DNA of 32,000 bases from Moraxella nasicaprae. GTDB lineage: Bacteria > Pseudomonadota > Gammaproteobacteria > Pseudomonadales > Moraxellaceae. Shown one piece after another: positions 1 to 11,400 of the stretch. Below the pieces are notes generated by a model. The model was not told the DNA's origin and ran no database searches. It saw only the letters and a program-made list of their open reading frames with translations. The DNA lies in contig NZ_CP089977.1 in NCBI RefSeq assembly GCF_025643275.1, positions 1,230,001 to 1,262,000 on the forward strand. The letters are read 5' to 3'. The position numbers were made by a program, and so were the translations under genes. How positions within the stretch are numbered: the stretch's first letter is position 1; each line of letters begins with the position of its first letter.

Positions 1-2095
1 GACGCAATAAAGCCTCAGCATTGGCTTCTCGTCCACGAAACGCCATGTAGTTTTCTTTGGCGGAGCGAGAACTGCCACGAGCTAGGATTTCTTGGCGGAA
101 GGCTCTGCCAGTTTGTGGATTATAGATGCCTTCTTCTTCAAATTTGCCAAAGGCATCTGATGACAAGACTTCTGCCCAAATGTAAGAGTAGTAGCCACAC
201 GCATAGCCGCCTGCAAAGATGTGCGTAAAGCCATTACCAAAACGGTTGTAGCTTGGCGGAATGATGACTGCCACTTCTTCTCTGACTTTATCCATCACGG
301 CAAGAATGTCGTCAAACTCGATGTTGCCAAAGTGATTGATGGTTTTGGTATGCAAACGCAAATCAAATAAACCCAGCTCCATTTGACGCAGTGTCTGTAA
401 GCCTTTTTGGAAATTTTTGGTATCAATCAGTGCATTTAGTTTATCTTCTGGCAAAGGCTCGCCTGTTTGGATATGGCGACTGATGGCACGAATACCCTCA
501 GCATTGATGGCAAAATTTTCCATAAACTGACTGGGTAGCTCGACAGCGTCCCACTCGACACCATTGATGCCAGCAACTGCTGCAACATTGACCTGAGTGG
601 TGATGTGATGGAGAGCATGCCCAAATTCATGGAACAGTGTATTGACTTCATCAAAGTTGAGTAGGCTTGGCTTATCGTCAATGGGCGGTGCAAAATTACC
701 CACGATAAATCCCACAGGCAATGTGCTGTCATTGGCGGTCAGGTTGCGTTTTTGATAATCATCAAGCCATGCCCCACCTTGTTTGCCATGTCTGGCGAAC
801 AAATCTAGATACAGACCGCCCAGCAGCTCTTGGCTGATTTCATCATGAATTTGACAGAATAAGACATCATCATGCCAAGCGGTGTAGTCGGCTTTGTCGG
901 CGATGCTTAGCGTGATGCCAAACAGTTTGCGACAAATCTCAAACAAGCCATCTAATACCACAGGCAATGGAAAATAAGGACGAAGCTCATCGCTGGTGAG
1001 ATTAAATTTGGCAAGTTGTAATTTTTCTTCGATGTATGGAATGTCCCAAGGCATCACTTCATCAATGCCTAAGGTTTTGCCAAAGGCTTGAACTTCGGCA
1101 TATTCGCTTTCAGCTTTTGGGCGAGCGGCAGCAGAAAGCTGTAATAAAAATTGTTCAATTTGCTCACTACTGTCTGCCATTTTGGTTGCCAATGAGTATT
1201 CTGCATAATCCGACATGCCTAGCAGTGCTGCTGCTTGGGTGCGTAGATTGATGATTTTGGTCATCAAAGGGGCATTGTCAAACGCTGTGGTATCAGGGCT
1301 TTGGTCGGAGGCACGAGTTGTGTAGGCGTGATAGACTTCTTCACGCAAGACTCTATCATCAGCAAACTGCATGATGGCAAAGTACATCGGAATGTCTAAG
1401 GTTGCCACATAATCGGTTGGCAATTTGGCATCTGGATTTTTTTGCTTATAATTATCGCCAGCAGTTTTGAGTAGTGCCAGACCATTTTCGCTAATGCCAC
1501 TAAGTTCGTGAGCGTGCAATGGACGAGCATAATGATTACTGGCGTCCATGGTGTTGTCGGCAAACTTAGCACTCAGCAAGGACAACTCACTTTGAATTTG
1601 GGCAAATTGAGCTTTTTTGTCGTCATCTAGTGCCACGCCTGATAGCACGAAGTTTTGGAGTGCTTTGTTGATGGCTTGGGCGTGAGCGTCTGTTTGGTAT
1701 GCACCATCTAGTTGTTCAAAATTATCTTGTAAGGTTTTATAAATTTGGTACAACGCCACCGATTGTCCAACTTTGGTACTAAAAGAGGATAATTTTGGCA
1801 AAACTTCGTGATGTGCGTGACGGATTTTGTCGTTGCTGACTACATAGTTTAGGTGCATTAATATCCCAGCAGGGCGTTCGATTTTGGCGGTCAATGTATT
1901 AAATTGTTCGATGATGTCAATCGCTTGGTCAGGACTAAGCAGGCTAGTGTCGCCCAGATTATCCAAGAAATTTTCAGCATCTAGCAATGCTTGTTCGGTT
2001 AATTGTTGGAGTGTTTCTGGGGTCGCTTGACGAAAATCAATCAGTTTTAGGCGACTGTCCAATCGGCTGGTTGTCAAATCAAGTACAGACATCAT
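1..2095 (-). CDS. prlC: M3-family zinc metallopeptidase, oligopeptidase A-like; the C-terminal few residues run off the left window edge
   Basis: My own reverse-strand translation gives an uninterrupted frame from ATG (CAT at 2093-2095, second Met at 2090-2092) to position 1. It starts MMSVLDLTTSRLD and contains the HEFGHALHH zinc motif near nt 615-640, followed by GGYACGYYSYIWAEVLSSDAF. Length (about 700 aa) and motif position fit OpdA/Dcp-type M3A peptidases. It is not in the ORF track because it is edge-truncated. Confidence 0.85.
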   Translation of the reverse strand, partial: MMSVLDLTTSRLDSRLKLIDFRQATPETLQQLTEQALLDAENFLDNLGDTSLLSPDQAIDIIEQFNTLTAKIERPAGILMHLNYVVSNDKIRHAHHEVLPKLSSFSTKVGQSVALYQIYKTLQDNFEQLDGAYQTDAHAQAINKALQNFVLSGVALDDDKKAQFAQIQSELSLLSAKFADNTMDASNHYARPLHAHELSGISENGLALLKTAGDNYKQKNPDAKLPTDYVATLDIPMYFAIMQFADDRVLREEVYHAYTTRASDQSPDTTAFDNAPLMTKIINLRTQAAALLGMSDYAEYSLATKMADSSEQIEQFLLQLSAAARPKAESEYAEVQAFGKTLGIDEVMPWDIPYIEEKLQLAKFNLTSDELRPYFPLPVVLDGLFEICRKLFGITLSIADKADYTAWHDDVLFCQIHDEISQELLGGLYLDLFARHGKQGGAWLDDYQKRNLTANDSTLPVGFIVGNFAPPIDDKPSLLNFDEVNTLFHEFGHALHHITTQVNVAAVAGINGVEWDAVELPSQFMENFAINAEGIRAISRHIQTGEPLPEDKLNALIDTKNFQKGLQTLRQMELGLFDLRLHTKTINHFGNIEFDDILAVMDKVREEVAVIIPPSYNRFGNGFTHIFAGGYACGYYSYIWAEVLSSDAFGKFEEEGIYNPQTGRAFRQEILARGSSRSAKENYMAFRGREANAEALLR

Positions 2096-2234
2096 TATTT
2101 CCTTGTTGTTGAATGTTGATTGATGATTTTTTGTCATTCATGCTGATGACAAAACGTGCCATATTATGCCCCAAATCGTGCTACAATGCGATTATTTTTT
2201 AGCAAAATTATCTTAAATCATTGAGGGTAGTACA

Positions 2235-2843
2235 ATGCAAACTTGGGTTCTGGCAAGTAATAATCAGGGTAAATTAAGCGAATTTCAAGCCTTATTTGAT
2301 GGTGCTGATTTGGGAGTGCAAATCGTGGCACAAGGGACATTGGGCATTGATGACGCCATCGAAGATGGATTAAGTTTTGTGGAAAATGCCGTCATCAAGG
2401 CACGCCACGCTGCTCGTGCCAGCGGACTGCCTGCCATTGCTGATGATTCTGGACTTTGCGTGCCTGTTTTAGGTAATATGCCAGGCATCTATTCGGCACG
2501 CTATGCTGGTACGCACGGTGATGATGCCGCCAATAACGCCAAACTCATCAAAGAGCTGACCCCTTATTTTGAACAAGGGCAGGCGGTATCGGCTTTTTTT
2601 GTGTGCGTGCTTGTCTTTGTTCGCCATGCCAATGACCCACTACCCATCATCGCACAGGGCATCTGGTCTGGCGAGGTGTTGTCTAAGCCTGTGGGGGATA
2701 ATGGATTTGGCTATGACCCACTTTTTTGGCTGCCTGCACTTGGCAAAAGCTCAGCACAGCTTGAAAAAAGCCAAAAAAATCAGCTTAGCCATCGTGGTCA
2801 GGCGATGACTAAGCTACTAGAACAAATCAAAACCAGTCTTTAA
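2235..2843 (+). CDS. rdgB: dITP/XTP pyrophosphatase (Ham1/RdgB family)
   Basis: 202 aa with SNNQGKLSEF, IADDSGLCV, and GFGYDPLF...SHRG motifs typical of RdgB. GAGGG lies upstream of the ATG. Confidence 0.9.
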   Translation: MQTWVLASNNQGKLSEFQALFDGADLGVQIVAQGTLGIDDAIEDGLSFVENAVIKARHAARASGLPAIADDSGLCVPVLGNMPGIYSARYAGTHGDDAANNAKLIKELTPYFEQGQAVSAFFVCVLVFVRHANDPLPIIAQGIWSGEVLSKPVGDNGFGYDPLFWLPALGKSSAQLEKSQKNQLSHRGQAMTKLLEQIKTSL

Positions 2844-2848
2844 TTTTA

Positions 2849-3352
2849 TCAGCGAAGCCAAGCACGGATTTGCCTGATGTAGTATGGCACTGCTAAGGCT
2901 AAAATAGCCAGATTAAGTGCCATCATCACACCAGACGAGGCTGGCAGGTCGGTCCAATGGCGAGCATAAAACTGCACACCGCCCAGCAAAGCCAAGATGA
3001 ACAACAAGACTTCTTGTAGCCAATCTTGGTGGTGCTGACTGGGTGTAGGGGCGATGTTTTTGGTGTCAATCAGCTTAAATGAGGACAGCCACGCTCTTAG
3101 ACCAAATATGGCGGCAAATAAGATGACAAATTCCACGCCAAGCATCAGCCATACTGGTGTGCCGATACCATCTAGTGTGCCAAAAATCAGATGAGTCAGG
3201 GCAAAAAACACGCCCATATTGGCAGACAAGTACAGCATTGTCCAGTTGATGCTCTCATCTTGTTCTTGTTTGGCTAAGGAATCAAAATCTTGGGAGCTGC
3301 GATAAACAAGCTGATAGCGACCGATGGTTAAGATGGGTTTGTTGGCAGTCAT
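2849..3352 (-). CDS. hypothetical small integral membrane protein (about 4 predicted TM helices)
   Basis: 167-aa ORF with several long hydrophobic segments (MGVFFALTHLIFG, VWLMLGVEFVILFAAIFGL, VLLFILALLGGV, MMALNLAILALAVPYY). AAGGA Shine-Dalgarno lies upstream. I recognise no family. Confidence 0.55.
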   Translation of the reverse strand: MTANKPILTIGRYQLVYRSSQDFDSLAKQEQDESINWTMLYLSANMGVFFALTHLIFGTLDGIGTPVWLMLGVEFVILFAAIFGLRAWLSSFKLIDTKNIAPTPSQHHQDWLQEVLLFILALLGGVQFYARHWTDLPASSGVMMALNLAILALAVPYYIRQIRAWLR

Positions 3353-3665
3353 ACATAATCCTTTATGTGATGATTAAGGTTTGGTACTTATTGCTTGCAA
3401 ATATGATAAAAATCATAGCAATGTGATAATACACTCAATTCATATCAAAACTGTACAAACCGTTCGCCCTGAGATTGTTGAAGGGTAAAACGGTTTTTCG
3501 TTATGGCTTGACAAGCTCGCCACAAACAAAAAACTTTTGCTGGATTTTGAATTTAGTATACAGCAGCCGATATTGATAATCAATACTATTTTTAAGTATA
3601 AATAAGAAATTTTTTATGATTTATTGTCAATAAAACTGCTGCCATATTTGCATTGCCTAACACAG

Positions 3666-3694
3666 TTGTAATCTTGCCCAAAAAATACTATAAT
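3666..3694 (+). promoter_or_regulatory. candidate sigma70 promoter for tig (TTGTAA-17 bp-TATAAT)
   Basis: TTGTAA at 3666-3671, 17-bp spacer, perfect TATAAT at 3689-3694, about 90 nt upstream of the tig ATG. Confidence 0.45.
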
Positions 3695-3782
3695 GAATGA
3701 CTTTTATGGCATTTTTGCCAATCAGATTTTATGTTGATTATCAAGTGATTGATGATTGATTGAATTTTTATAAGGTGGAATT

Positions 3783-5117
3783 ATGAGCGATTTACAAGTC
3801 TCTGTGAATGTCATCTCTGACAAAGAAACACAGCTAACCGTTAAAGTGCCTGTTGGCAATATCCAAAACCAAGTTGAAAGCCGCATCCGCAGCGTGGCAA
3901 AAACTGCCAAGATTGATGGTTTCCGTAAGGGCAAAGTGCCTGTATCACACATTCGTGCCCAATATGGTGCTGGTATCCAACAAGAAGTCATCAACGATGT
4001 GATTCGTGATACTGTGTTTGAAGCACTGTCAAACGAAAAAATCCGTGTGGTTGGCGTGCCAAACATCGACGATGTTAAGCTAGAAGATGATTTCTTGGTA
4101 TATCAAGCAACCGTTGAAACTTTCCCAGAAGTGGAAGTCAAAGGTCTAAGCGACATCGAAGTAGAACGCCAAGTTGCCAGCGTGTCTGACGAAGATGTTG
4201 ATGTGATGATTGAAAACCTACAAAAACAACGCCAAACTTTTGAAATCAAAGATGGTGCGATTGAAGATGGCGACCAAGCGACTTTTGATTTTGAAGGCTC
4301 AATCGATGGCGAAAAATTTGAAGGCGGTAGTGCCACTGATTACACTTTGGTCATCGGCTCAGGTCGTATGATTCCAGGCTTTGAAGATGGCATGAAAGGC
4401 ATGAAAGCTGGCGAAGAAAAAACCATCACGGTTACTTTCCCAGAAGATTATCAAGCTGAAAACCTAAAAGGTAAAGAAGCTCAATTTGCCATCAAAGTTA
4501 AAGAAGTCAAAGTTGCAACTTTGCCAGAATTAAATGATGAATTCTTTGCTTTATTTGGTGTGACCGAAGGCGGTCTTGACAAGCTAAAAGCTGATGTTCG
4601 CAAAAACATGGAGCGTGAAGTGAAGCACGCTGGTCGCAACCAAGTCAAGCAGGCGGCTTTTGATGCATTGCTTGAAAAAAATGAGTTTGATGTGCCAAAA
4701 GCAATGCTTGACCAAGAGATTGACCGTCAGCGTCAGTTGATGCTAAGCCGTTTTGCTCAGCAGTTTGGTGCAAACCCAGCCAGCTTTGACGCTAATATGC
4801 TGCCAAATGAACTGTTTGAAGATCAAGCATTGCGTGCAGTGCGTTTGGGCGTATTGGTTAGCCAAATCATCGAAAGTCAAAAAATTGAAATCGACCAAGA
4901 GCGTGTGTCTGCATTCATCGCAGAAGCTGCTGAAAACTATGAAGACCCAGCAGAAGTCATCGAGTACTACACCAATGACAAAGCTCAGCGTGCCCAAGTA
5001 GAATCTGTGGTACTAGAAGACCAAGTGGTTGATTATCTACTAAGTCAAGGCAAGGTAACTAACAAAGAAGTCAAATACCAAGAGCTGCTAGCGGCTGCAC
5101 AGCAACAAGCCATCTAA
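3783..5117 (+). CDS. tig: trigger factor (ribosome-associated chaperone/PPIase)
   Basis: 444 aa with the ribosome-binding signature GFRKGKVP near the N-terminus and a central FKBP-like segment ([13 protein letters not shown]...IPGFEDG). Strong SD AAGGTGG. Conserved tig-clpP-clpX order. Confidence 0.95.
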   Translation: MSDLQVSVNVISDKETQLTVKVPVGNIQNQVESRIRSVAKTAKIDGFRKGKVPVSHIRAQYGAGIQQEVINDVIRDTVFEALSNEKIRVVGVPNIDDVKLEDDFLVYQATVETFPEVEVKGLSDIEVERQVASVSDEDVDVMIENLQKQRQTFEIKDGAIEDGDQATFDFEGSIDGEKFEGGSATDYTLVIGSGRMIPGFEDGMKGMKAGEEKTITVTFPEDYQAENLKGKEAQFAIKVKEVKVATLPELNDEFFALFGVTEGGLDKLKADVRKNMEREVKHAGRNQVKQAAFDALLEKNEFDVPKAMLDQEIDRQRQLMLSRFAQQFGANPASFDANMLPNELFEDQALRAVRLGVLVSQIIESQKIEIDQERVSAFIAEAAENYEDPAEVIEYYTNDKAQRAQVESVVLEDQVVDYLLSQGKVTNKEVKYQELLAAAQQQAI

Positions 5118-5152
5118 GCCTAAGTTTGGCTAATTTTGGTTAAACTTATCTT

Positions 5153-5188
5153 AGCCCCAAACCTGCGATTGGCTTGTTTGGGGCTTTT
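5153..5188 (+). terminator. stem-loop/attenuator after tig
   Basis: Perfect 10-bp stem AGCCCCAAAC (5153-5162) / GTTTGGGGCT (5176-5185), followed by TTTT. Confidence 0.6.
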
Positions 5189-5222
5189 AGCCTTATTGAT
5201 GAATGGATTTTTGGTAAATATT

Positions 5223-5882
5223 ATGAATACTCTAAAAAATAATCCTTTTTATGATCAGCTGATGGACAGCTATCATGCACCGCAAAACGCACTTGTGCCG
5301 ATGGTTATCGAACAATCAGGTCGTGGCGAGCGTTCTTTTGATATTTTTTCTCGCTTGTTGCGTGAGCGAGTGATTTTTTTGACAGGACAAGTTGAAGACA
5401 ATATGGCAAATCTGATTGTTGCCCAGCTTTTGTTTTTGGAAGCGGACAATCCAGAAAAAGACATTCATTTGTACATCAACTCGCCAGGCGGTGTGGTGAC
5501 GGCTGGCATGGCGATTTATGATACGATGAATTTCATCAAGCCTGATGTTTCAACCATTTGCTTGGGACAGGCTGCCAGCATGGGTTCATTTTTGTTGTCA
5601 GCGGGTGAAAAAGGCAAACGCTACGCACTTGCCAATTCTCGTATCATGATTCATCAGCCTTTGGGTGGTTTTCGTGGTCAGGCATCAGACATTGAGATTC
5701 ATGCCAGAGAAATCATTGAACTAAAAGCCAAACTTAATCAACTGCTTGCTCAGCATACAGGTCAGACGGTTGAGCAATTGGAAAAAGATACTGACCGAGA
5801 TAACTTTATGAGTGCCGAACAAGCCAAAGCGTATGGTTTGGTCGATGTGGTTTTGGACAAACGCCCAAAAGCCTTGGCGTAA
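5223..5882 (+). CDS. clpP: ATP-dependent Clp protease proteolytic subunit
   Basis: [24 protein letters not shown], catalytic Ser context GQAASMGS, and His context MIHQPLGG. The ORF-track start at 5136 overlaps the tig terminator, so I trimmed it. ATG 5223 is chosen, and ATG 5262 (MDSYH...) is also possible. Confidence 0.88.
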   Translation: MNTLKNNPFYDQLMDSYHAPQNALVPMVIEQSGRGERSFDIFSRLLRERVIFLTGQVEDNMANLIVAQLLFLEADNPEKDIHLYINSPGGVVTAGMAIYDTMNFIKPDVSTICLGQAASMGSFLLSAGEKGKRYALANSRIMIHQPLGGFRGQASDIEIHAREIIELKAKLNQLLAQHTGQTVEQLEKDTDRDNFMSAEQAKAYGLVDVVLDKRPKALA

Positions 5883-5903
5883 TTGGAGCAGAACGAGAAA
5901 ATC

Positions 5904-7196
5904 ATGAGTAAAAAAGACCCATCAAGCTGTTCGTTTTGTGGTAAATCCAAGCCAGAGATTGACAAACTCATCGCAGGCAACGAAGAGGGCGTGTGCATTT
6001 GTAATGAATGCGTGGAAAATTGTGGTGATTTGTTGGGCTTAAAACCAACCAAGACCGCCAAAAAAAGCGATGACAAAACCAGCTTTGAAAAAGAGCAAGA
6101 CAGCGACCATGAATCGACTTGGGAATGGCTAAATAAACCACTGCCTACTCCTAAGCAGTTACGAGAGCATTTGGACGATTATGTCATCGGGCAAGACGCT
6201 GCCAAAAAAGCCTTGTCAGTGGCGGTGTACAATCATTATAAACGCCTAAAAGTTGCCCAAAATCAGCAAGAGAATCAAGAAACGATTGAGCTTGCCAAAA
6301 GTAATATTTTGTTGATTGGACCGACAGGTTCGGGCAAGACTTTGCTTGCACAGACTTTGGCAAAAATGCTTGATGTGCCATTTGCGATGGCGGACGCAAC
6401 CACTTTGACTGAGGCTGGCTATGTGGGTGAAGATGTCGAAAACATTGTCCAAAAGCTACTTCAAGCGGCAGACTATGACATCGAAAAGACCCAAAAGGGC
6501 ATCATCTATATTGATGAGATTGATAAAATCTCCAAAAAGAGCGAAAACCCGTCCATCACCCGTGATGTGTCAGGCGAGGGTGTGCAACAAGCCTTATTAA
6601 AACTTATTGAGGGAACGGTTGCCAACATTCCTCCACAAGGCGGTCGTAAGCACCCACGCCAAGAGATGATTCAGGTGGATACCAGTAACATATTGATGAT
6701 TGTGGGTGGGGCGTTTGCAGGACTTGATAAGGTCATTCGTCAGCGTACTGAGAAGACAGGCATTGGCTTTAATGCTGATGTCAAGGCACAGGACGAGTCG
6801 AGCATTACTGAGCTGTTTGGCGAAGTGGAAGTGGAGGACTTGATTAAATTTGGTCTGATTCCAGAGTTAATCGGTCGTCTCCCAGTCATCGCAAGTCTTG
6901 CAGAGCTTGATGAAGCGGCATTGGTGCAGATTCTAACTGAGCCAAAAAATGCTTTGGTGAAACAGTATCAGTATCTGTTTGAGATGGAAGGCGTGAAGCT
7001 AAGTTTTGAACCAGAGGCTTTGGTTGCCACCGCCAAGCAAGCGATGAAGCGAAAAACAGGAGCAAGGGGCTTGCGTTCAATCGTTGAGAATGCTTTGTTG
7101 GATACGATGTACGAGCTGCCAAGCATGCAAGGTATTAGCGAGGTGGTGGTTACTGCCGAAGTGATTAACGAGGGAAAATCGCCAATAATCCGCTAA
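5904..7196 (+). CDS. clpX: ATP-dependent Clp protease ATP-binding subunit ClpX
   Basis: N-terminal zinc ribbon CSFCGK...CICNEC, Walker A GPTGSGKT, Walker [10 protein letters not shown], sensor GARGLRS. I moved the start to ATG 5904 ([13 protein letters not shown]) rather than the TTG at 5883. Confidence 0.95.
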   Translation: MSKKDPSSCSFCGKSKPEIDKLIAGNEEGVCICNECVENCGDLLGLKPTKTAKKSDDKTSFEKEQDSDHESTWEWLNKPLPTPKQLREHLDDYVIGQDAAKKALSVAVYNHYKRLKVAQNQQENQETIELAKSNILLIGPTGSGKTLLAQTLAKMLDVPFAMADATTLTEAGYVGEDVENIVQKLLQAADYDIEKTQKGIIYIDEIDKISKKSENPSITRDVSGEGVQQALLKLIEGTVANIPPQGGRKHPRQEMIQVDTSNILMIVGGAFAGLDKVIRQRTEKTGIGFNADVKAQDESSITELFGEVEVEDLIKFGLIPELIGRLPVIASLAELDEAALVQILTEPKNALVKQYQYLFEMEGVKLSFEPEALVATAKQAMKRKTGARGLRSIVENALLDTMYELPSMQGISEVVVTAEVINEGKSPIIR

Positions 7197-7201
7197 CTGA
7201 C

Positions 7202-7231
7202 AATCCCCAAGTAAAATGCTTGGGGATTTTT
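7202..7231 (+). terminator. rho-independent terminator after clpX
   Basis: Perfect 10-bp stem AATCCCCAAG / CTTGGGGATT with a 7-nt loop, followed by a T-run. Confidence 0.75.
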
Positions 7232-7245
7232 ATCGGCTTGATGAC

Positions 7246-7791
7246 TTATTTTGTAGGAAAGGTGCGTAGTTTGTCGGCATCAATCCACGCTTGAACCCAA
7301 GTGTCTGGCTCGATGATAAGGTCGCCATGACCGATGGCATCAAGTACCGTCTGTGCTGGCAAGGTTTTGCCTGACAGCAGATTGGTAACACCTGTACGCA
7401 GCAAAGCGTGCGAGGCAGGCTTGCCATTGCAATACATTACTTGTTCAATATAAAACCAGCGTTCATCAATGGCAGCAATGCGAGTATCAATGCGAATTTT
7501 ATCAAATAATCGCACTCGTTTGCGGTATTGAATGGTGCTACCAGCGACAACTAAGCCCCAGCGATTGGCGAGCAGTTTTTTGCCAAGCCCTGAACGAATG
7601 GCAAAATCATTTCGCCCCAAGTCGAACAAGGTCAAAATTCTGCCATTGTTCATTTCCAAAAAATTATCAATATCATTGATACTGCAAATAAACTCAACCT
7701 GACTGGTGTCGGTTGGTGCAAGCGTGTTGCCTTTTAGGGTGTGATAACTGCTTTTGCCAATGGTTTTGGCAAGACGAATGAATGGGTACAT
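7246..7791 (-). CDS. hotdog-fold thioesterase-like protein (acyl-CoA thioesterase superfamily)
   Basis: The sequence ...DIDNFLEMNNGRILTLFDLGRNDFAIRSGL...VVAGSTIQYRKRVRLFDKIRIDTRIAAIDERWFYIEQ resembles the thioesterase-like superfamily pattern (HMNNGRYL..DLGR...RW.Y.EH). I trimmed the start to MYPFIRL (CAT 7789-7791). The ORF-track N-terminus looks like read-through. Confidence 0.65.
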   Translation of the reverse strand: MYPFIRLAKTIGKSSYHTLKGNTLAPTDTSQVEFICSINDIDNFLEMNNGRILTLFDLGRNDFAIRSGLGKKLLANRWGLVVAGSTIQYRKRVRLFDKIRIDTRIAAIDERWFYIEQVMYCNGKPASHALLRTGVTNLLSGKTLPAQTVLDAIGHGDLIIEPDTWVQAWIDADKLRTFPTK

Positions 7792-7959
7792 ATGTTTACT
7801 TGGTGAAAATTTGGCTAATGATAGCAAAAATCCATGAATCACTAGAATAAAAATCATGACCCATCAGTCATTTTTCATCATCGCCTGATGTGCCAATCCA
7901 CCAATGGGTGTGCTATATTAGCAAAACAATGATGACAAACCTTTTAATCAGGAGAGTTT

Positions 7960-10119
7960 ATGATTTATCAAGGAAATAATCTTTGGCTGGACTTTGTCAA
8001 AGATGGCGATGGCATTGTGCAGCTGTGTTTTGATGCCAAAGACGGTAGCGTCAATAAATTTGACAAAACCACCAATCAAGAATTTGCCGAAGTGGTTGGC
8101 GTGCTTGAACAAACACCAAACATCAAAGGCTTGGTACTGACTTCCAATAAGTCGGTCTTTATTGCAGGGGCGGACATTACCGAATTTGTGGGGTATTTTG
8201 GACAGCCTCAGGAATGGCTTGAAAACTGGCTATTGCAGGTCAATCAGGTATTTAGCCGTTTTGAGGATTTGCCATTTCCAAAAGTCGCTGCCATTGGCGG
8301 TGCGGCATTGGGCGGTGGTTGTGAGATGACTTTGGTGTGTGAATACCGAGTGATGAATGGTTTGGGGCAAATTGGATTGCCTGAGACCAAGCTGGGTATT
8401 TATCCTGGTTGGGGCGGCACGGTGCGAGCCAGTCGTCTGATTGGTGTGGACAATGCCTTAGAGGCCATCGCCACAGGCAAAACCTATCGACCCTTAGATG
8501 CCCTAAAAATTGGTCTGGTTGATGCTGTGGTGGCTGATGAGCAGTTGTTTGATTCAGCGATGGATTTGGTGCAAAAGTGCATCAATGGTGATTTTGATTG
8601 GCAAGCTCGCCGTATTGAAAAACAAAGCCCCATTCAGCTTGGCGAGCTGGAACAGGCGATGGCATTTAATAGTGCCAAAGGCATGATTTTTGCCAAAGCC
8701 AATCCAAAACAATATCCAGCGGTTGCGTTGGCACTTGATGCCATTGAAAAACACGCCAATTTGCATCGTGATGAGGCGATTAAAATTGAGGTCGCAGGTT
8801 TTGCCAAAGCTGCCAAAACCTTGCAAGCACAGGCGTTGGTTGGATTATTTTTAAACGACCAACTGGTCAAAAAACTTGCCAAATCACACAGCAAGCACGC
8901 TCATGACATCAAGACGGCAGCCGTGCTTGGTGCAGGGATTATGGGTGGCGGTATCGCTTATCAAGCAGCGGTTAAAGGTCTGCCCATCATCATGAAAGAC
9001 ATTAAATCAGCCCAATTAGAACTCGGCATGAACGAGGCTGGCAAACTGCTTGCCAAAGAAGTGGACAAAGGCAAAATCAACCCAGTCAAAATGGGACAAG
9101 TGCTATCAACAATCCGACCAACGCTAAGCTATGCAGATTTTGGCGAGGTGGATATTGTCATTGAGGCGGTGGTTGAAAATCCAGCCATCAAAAAGAGCGT
9201 GCTTGCAGAGGTTGAGGCACTCACCAAAGATGATGCCATCATCGCTTCTAACACTTCAACCATTTCTATTACCAACCTTGCTACTGCGTTAAAACGCCCA
9301 GAAAATTTTGTGGGCATGCACTTTTTTAACCCTGTTCATCGAATGCCTTTGGTGGAAATCATCCGTGGCGAAAAGACCTCTGATGAAGCAGTGGCAACAA
9401 CTGTGGCGTTGGCTCAAAAGATGGGCAAAACACCGATTGTGGTCAATGATTGCCCTGGATTTTTGGTCAATCGTGTGTTATTTCCTTATTTTGGTGCGTT
9501 TGATTTGCTCATCAAAGAGGGGGCTGACTTTGTTCAGATTGACAAAGCGATGGAGCATTTTGGTTGGCCAATGGGGCCTGCGTATCTGATTGATGTGGTG
9601 GGCTTGGATACAGGTGTGCATGGTGCAGCCGTGATGGCAGAGGGTTTTCCTGACCGCATGAAGCCAGATTATACAGGTGGTATTGAGCATCTGTATGGAC
9701 AAAATCGTTTGGGTCAAAAAAATCAGCTTGGCTTTTATCGCTATGAAATTGATAAAAAAGGCAAACCAAAGAAACTGGTCGATGAAACAACTCATCAGCT
9801 ATTGGCAGAGGTACAAACAGACAAGCGAGCCTTTGATGACCAAGAAATCATCGACCGCATGATGGTGGCGTTTTGTAATGAAACGGTGCGTTGTTTGGAA
9901 GACAATATCGTGGCAAGTGCTGCCGAAGCGGACATGGCGATGATTTTGGGCGTGGGATTTCCGCCATTTAGGGGCGGTCCATGTCGCTACATCGACCAAA
10001 TTGGCGTTGAGGCATTTGTGGCATTGTGTGACCGTTATGCTCATCTTGGTAAGGCGTATCAAGCTCCTGACAAGCTGCGTCAAATGGCACAGACTGGCGA
10101 AACTTTTTATCAATCATAA
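7960..10119 (+). CDS. fadB: fatty-acid oxidation complex alpha subunit (enoyl-CoA hydratase / 3-hydroxyacyl-CoA dehydrogenase)
   Basis: 719 aa with an N-terminal crotonase fold ([16 protein letters not shown]) and a central Rossmann motif [10 protein letters not shown] of 3-hydroxyacyl-CoA dehydrogenase. SD CAGGAG. Followed by fadA. Confidence 0.95.
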   Translation: MIYQGNNLWLDFVKDGDGIVQLCFDAKDGSVNKFDKTTNQEFAEVVGVLEQTPNIKGLVLTSNKSVFIAGADITEFVGYFGQPQEWLENWLLQVNQVFSRFEDLPFPKVAAIGGAALGGGCEMTLVCEYRVMNGLGQIGLPETKLGIYPGWGGTVRASRLIGVDNALEAIATGKTYRPLDALKIGLVDAVVADEQLFDSAMDLVQKCINGDFDWQARRIEKQSPIQLGELEQAMAFNSAKGMIFAKANPKQYPAVALALDAIEKHANLHRDEAIKIEVAGFAKAAKTLQAQALVGLFLNDQLVKKLAKSHSKHAHDIKTAAVLGAGIMGGGIAYQAAVKGLPIIMKDIKSAQLELGMNEAGKLLAKEVDKGKINPVKMGQVLSTIRPTLSYADFGEVDIVIEAVVENPAIKKSVLAEVEALTKDDAIIASNTSTISITNLATALKRPENFVGMHFFNPVHRMPLVEIIRGEKTSDEAVATTVALAQKMGKTPIVVNDCPGFLVNRVLFPYFGAFDLLIKEGADFVQIDKAMEHFGWPMGPAYLIDVVGLDTGVHGAAVMAEGFPDRMKPDYTGGIEHLYGQNRLGQKNQLGFYRYEIDKKGKPKKLVDETTHQLLAEVQTDKRAFDDQEIIDRMMVAFCNETVRCLEDNIVASAAEADMAMILGVGFPPFRGGPCRYIDQIGVEAFVALCDRYAHLGKAYQAPDKLRQMAQTGETFYQS

Positions 10120-11307
<1,188 letters not shown>

Positions 11308-11344
11308 GCCAGCCTTGTTTGTTGATGGATACACGCCAATCATT

Positions 11345-11388
11345 AAAAAAACCGCTTGTCCTTATCATCCTAGGGCAAGCGGTTTTTT
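11345..11388. terminator. bidirectional rho-independent terminator between fadA (+) and the patatin gene (-)
   Basis: A-run, stem ACCGCTTG (11351-11358) / CAAGCGGT (11376-11383), then T6. Convergent stops lie at 11307 and 11401. Confidence 0.75.
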
Positions 11389-11400
11389 GATGGGTGCTGA

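Noticed and set aside
3401-3416. TATGAT-AAAA-ATCATA inverted repeat considered as a Fur box.
   Set aside because: The core resembles ATGAT/ATCAT, but the 4-bp spacer and flanks do not fit the 19-bp Fur consensus (GATAATGATAATCATTATC). No iron-related gene is adjacent.
3692-3736. 14-codon ORF MNDFYGIFANQILC upstream of tig, considered as a leader peptide.
   Set aside because: Its ATG overlaps the TATAAT of the best tig promoter candidate, so it would not be in the transcript. There is no SD.
5136-5222. N-terminal extensions in the ORF track. These are clpP from 5136, clpX from TTG 5883, thioesterase to 7857, patatin to 12621, yceI from 14895, coaE to 16381, pilB to 20271, tpiA from 20323, and rbfA from 26903.
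   Set aside because: The extensions overlap terminators or promoters, start at upstream in-frame codons without an SD, and precede Met codons that align with the known N-termini or signal peptides of the families. I trimmed them in the feature list.
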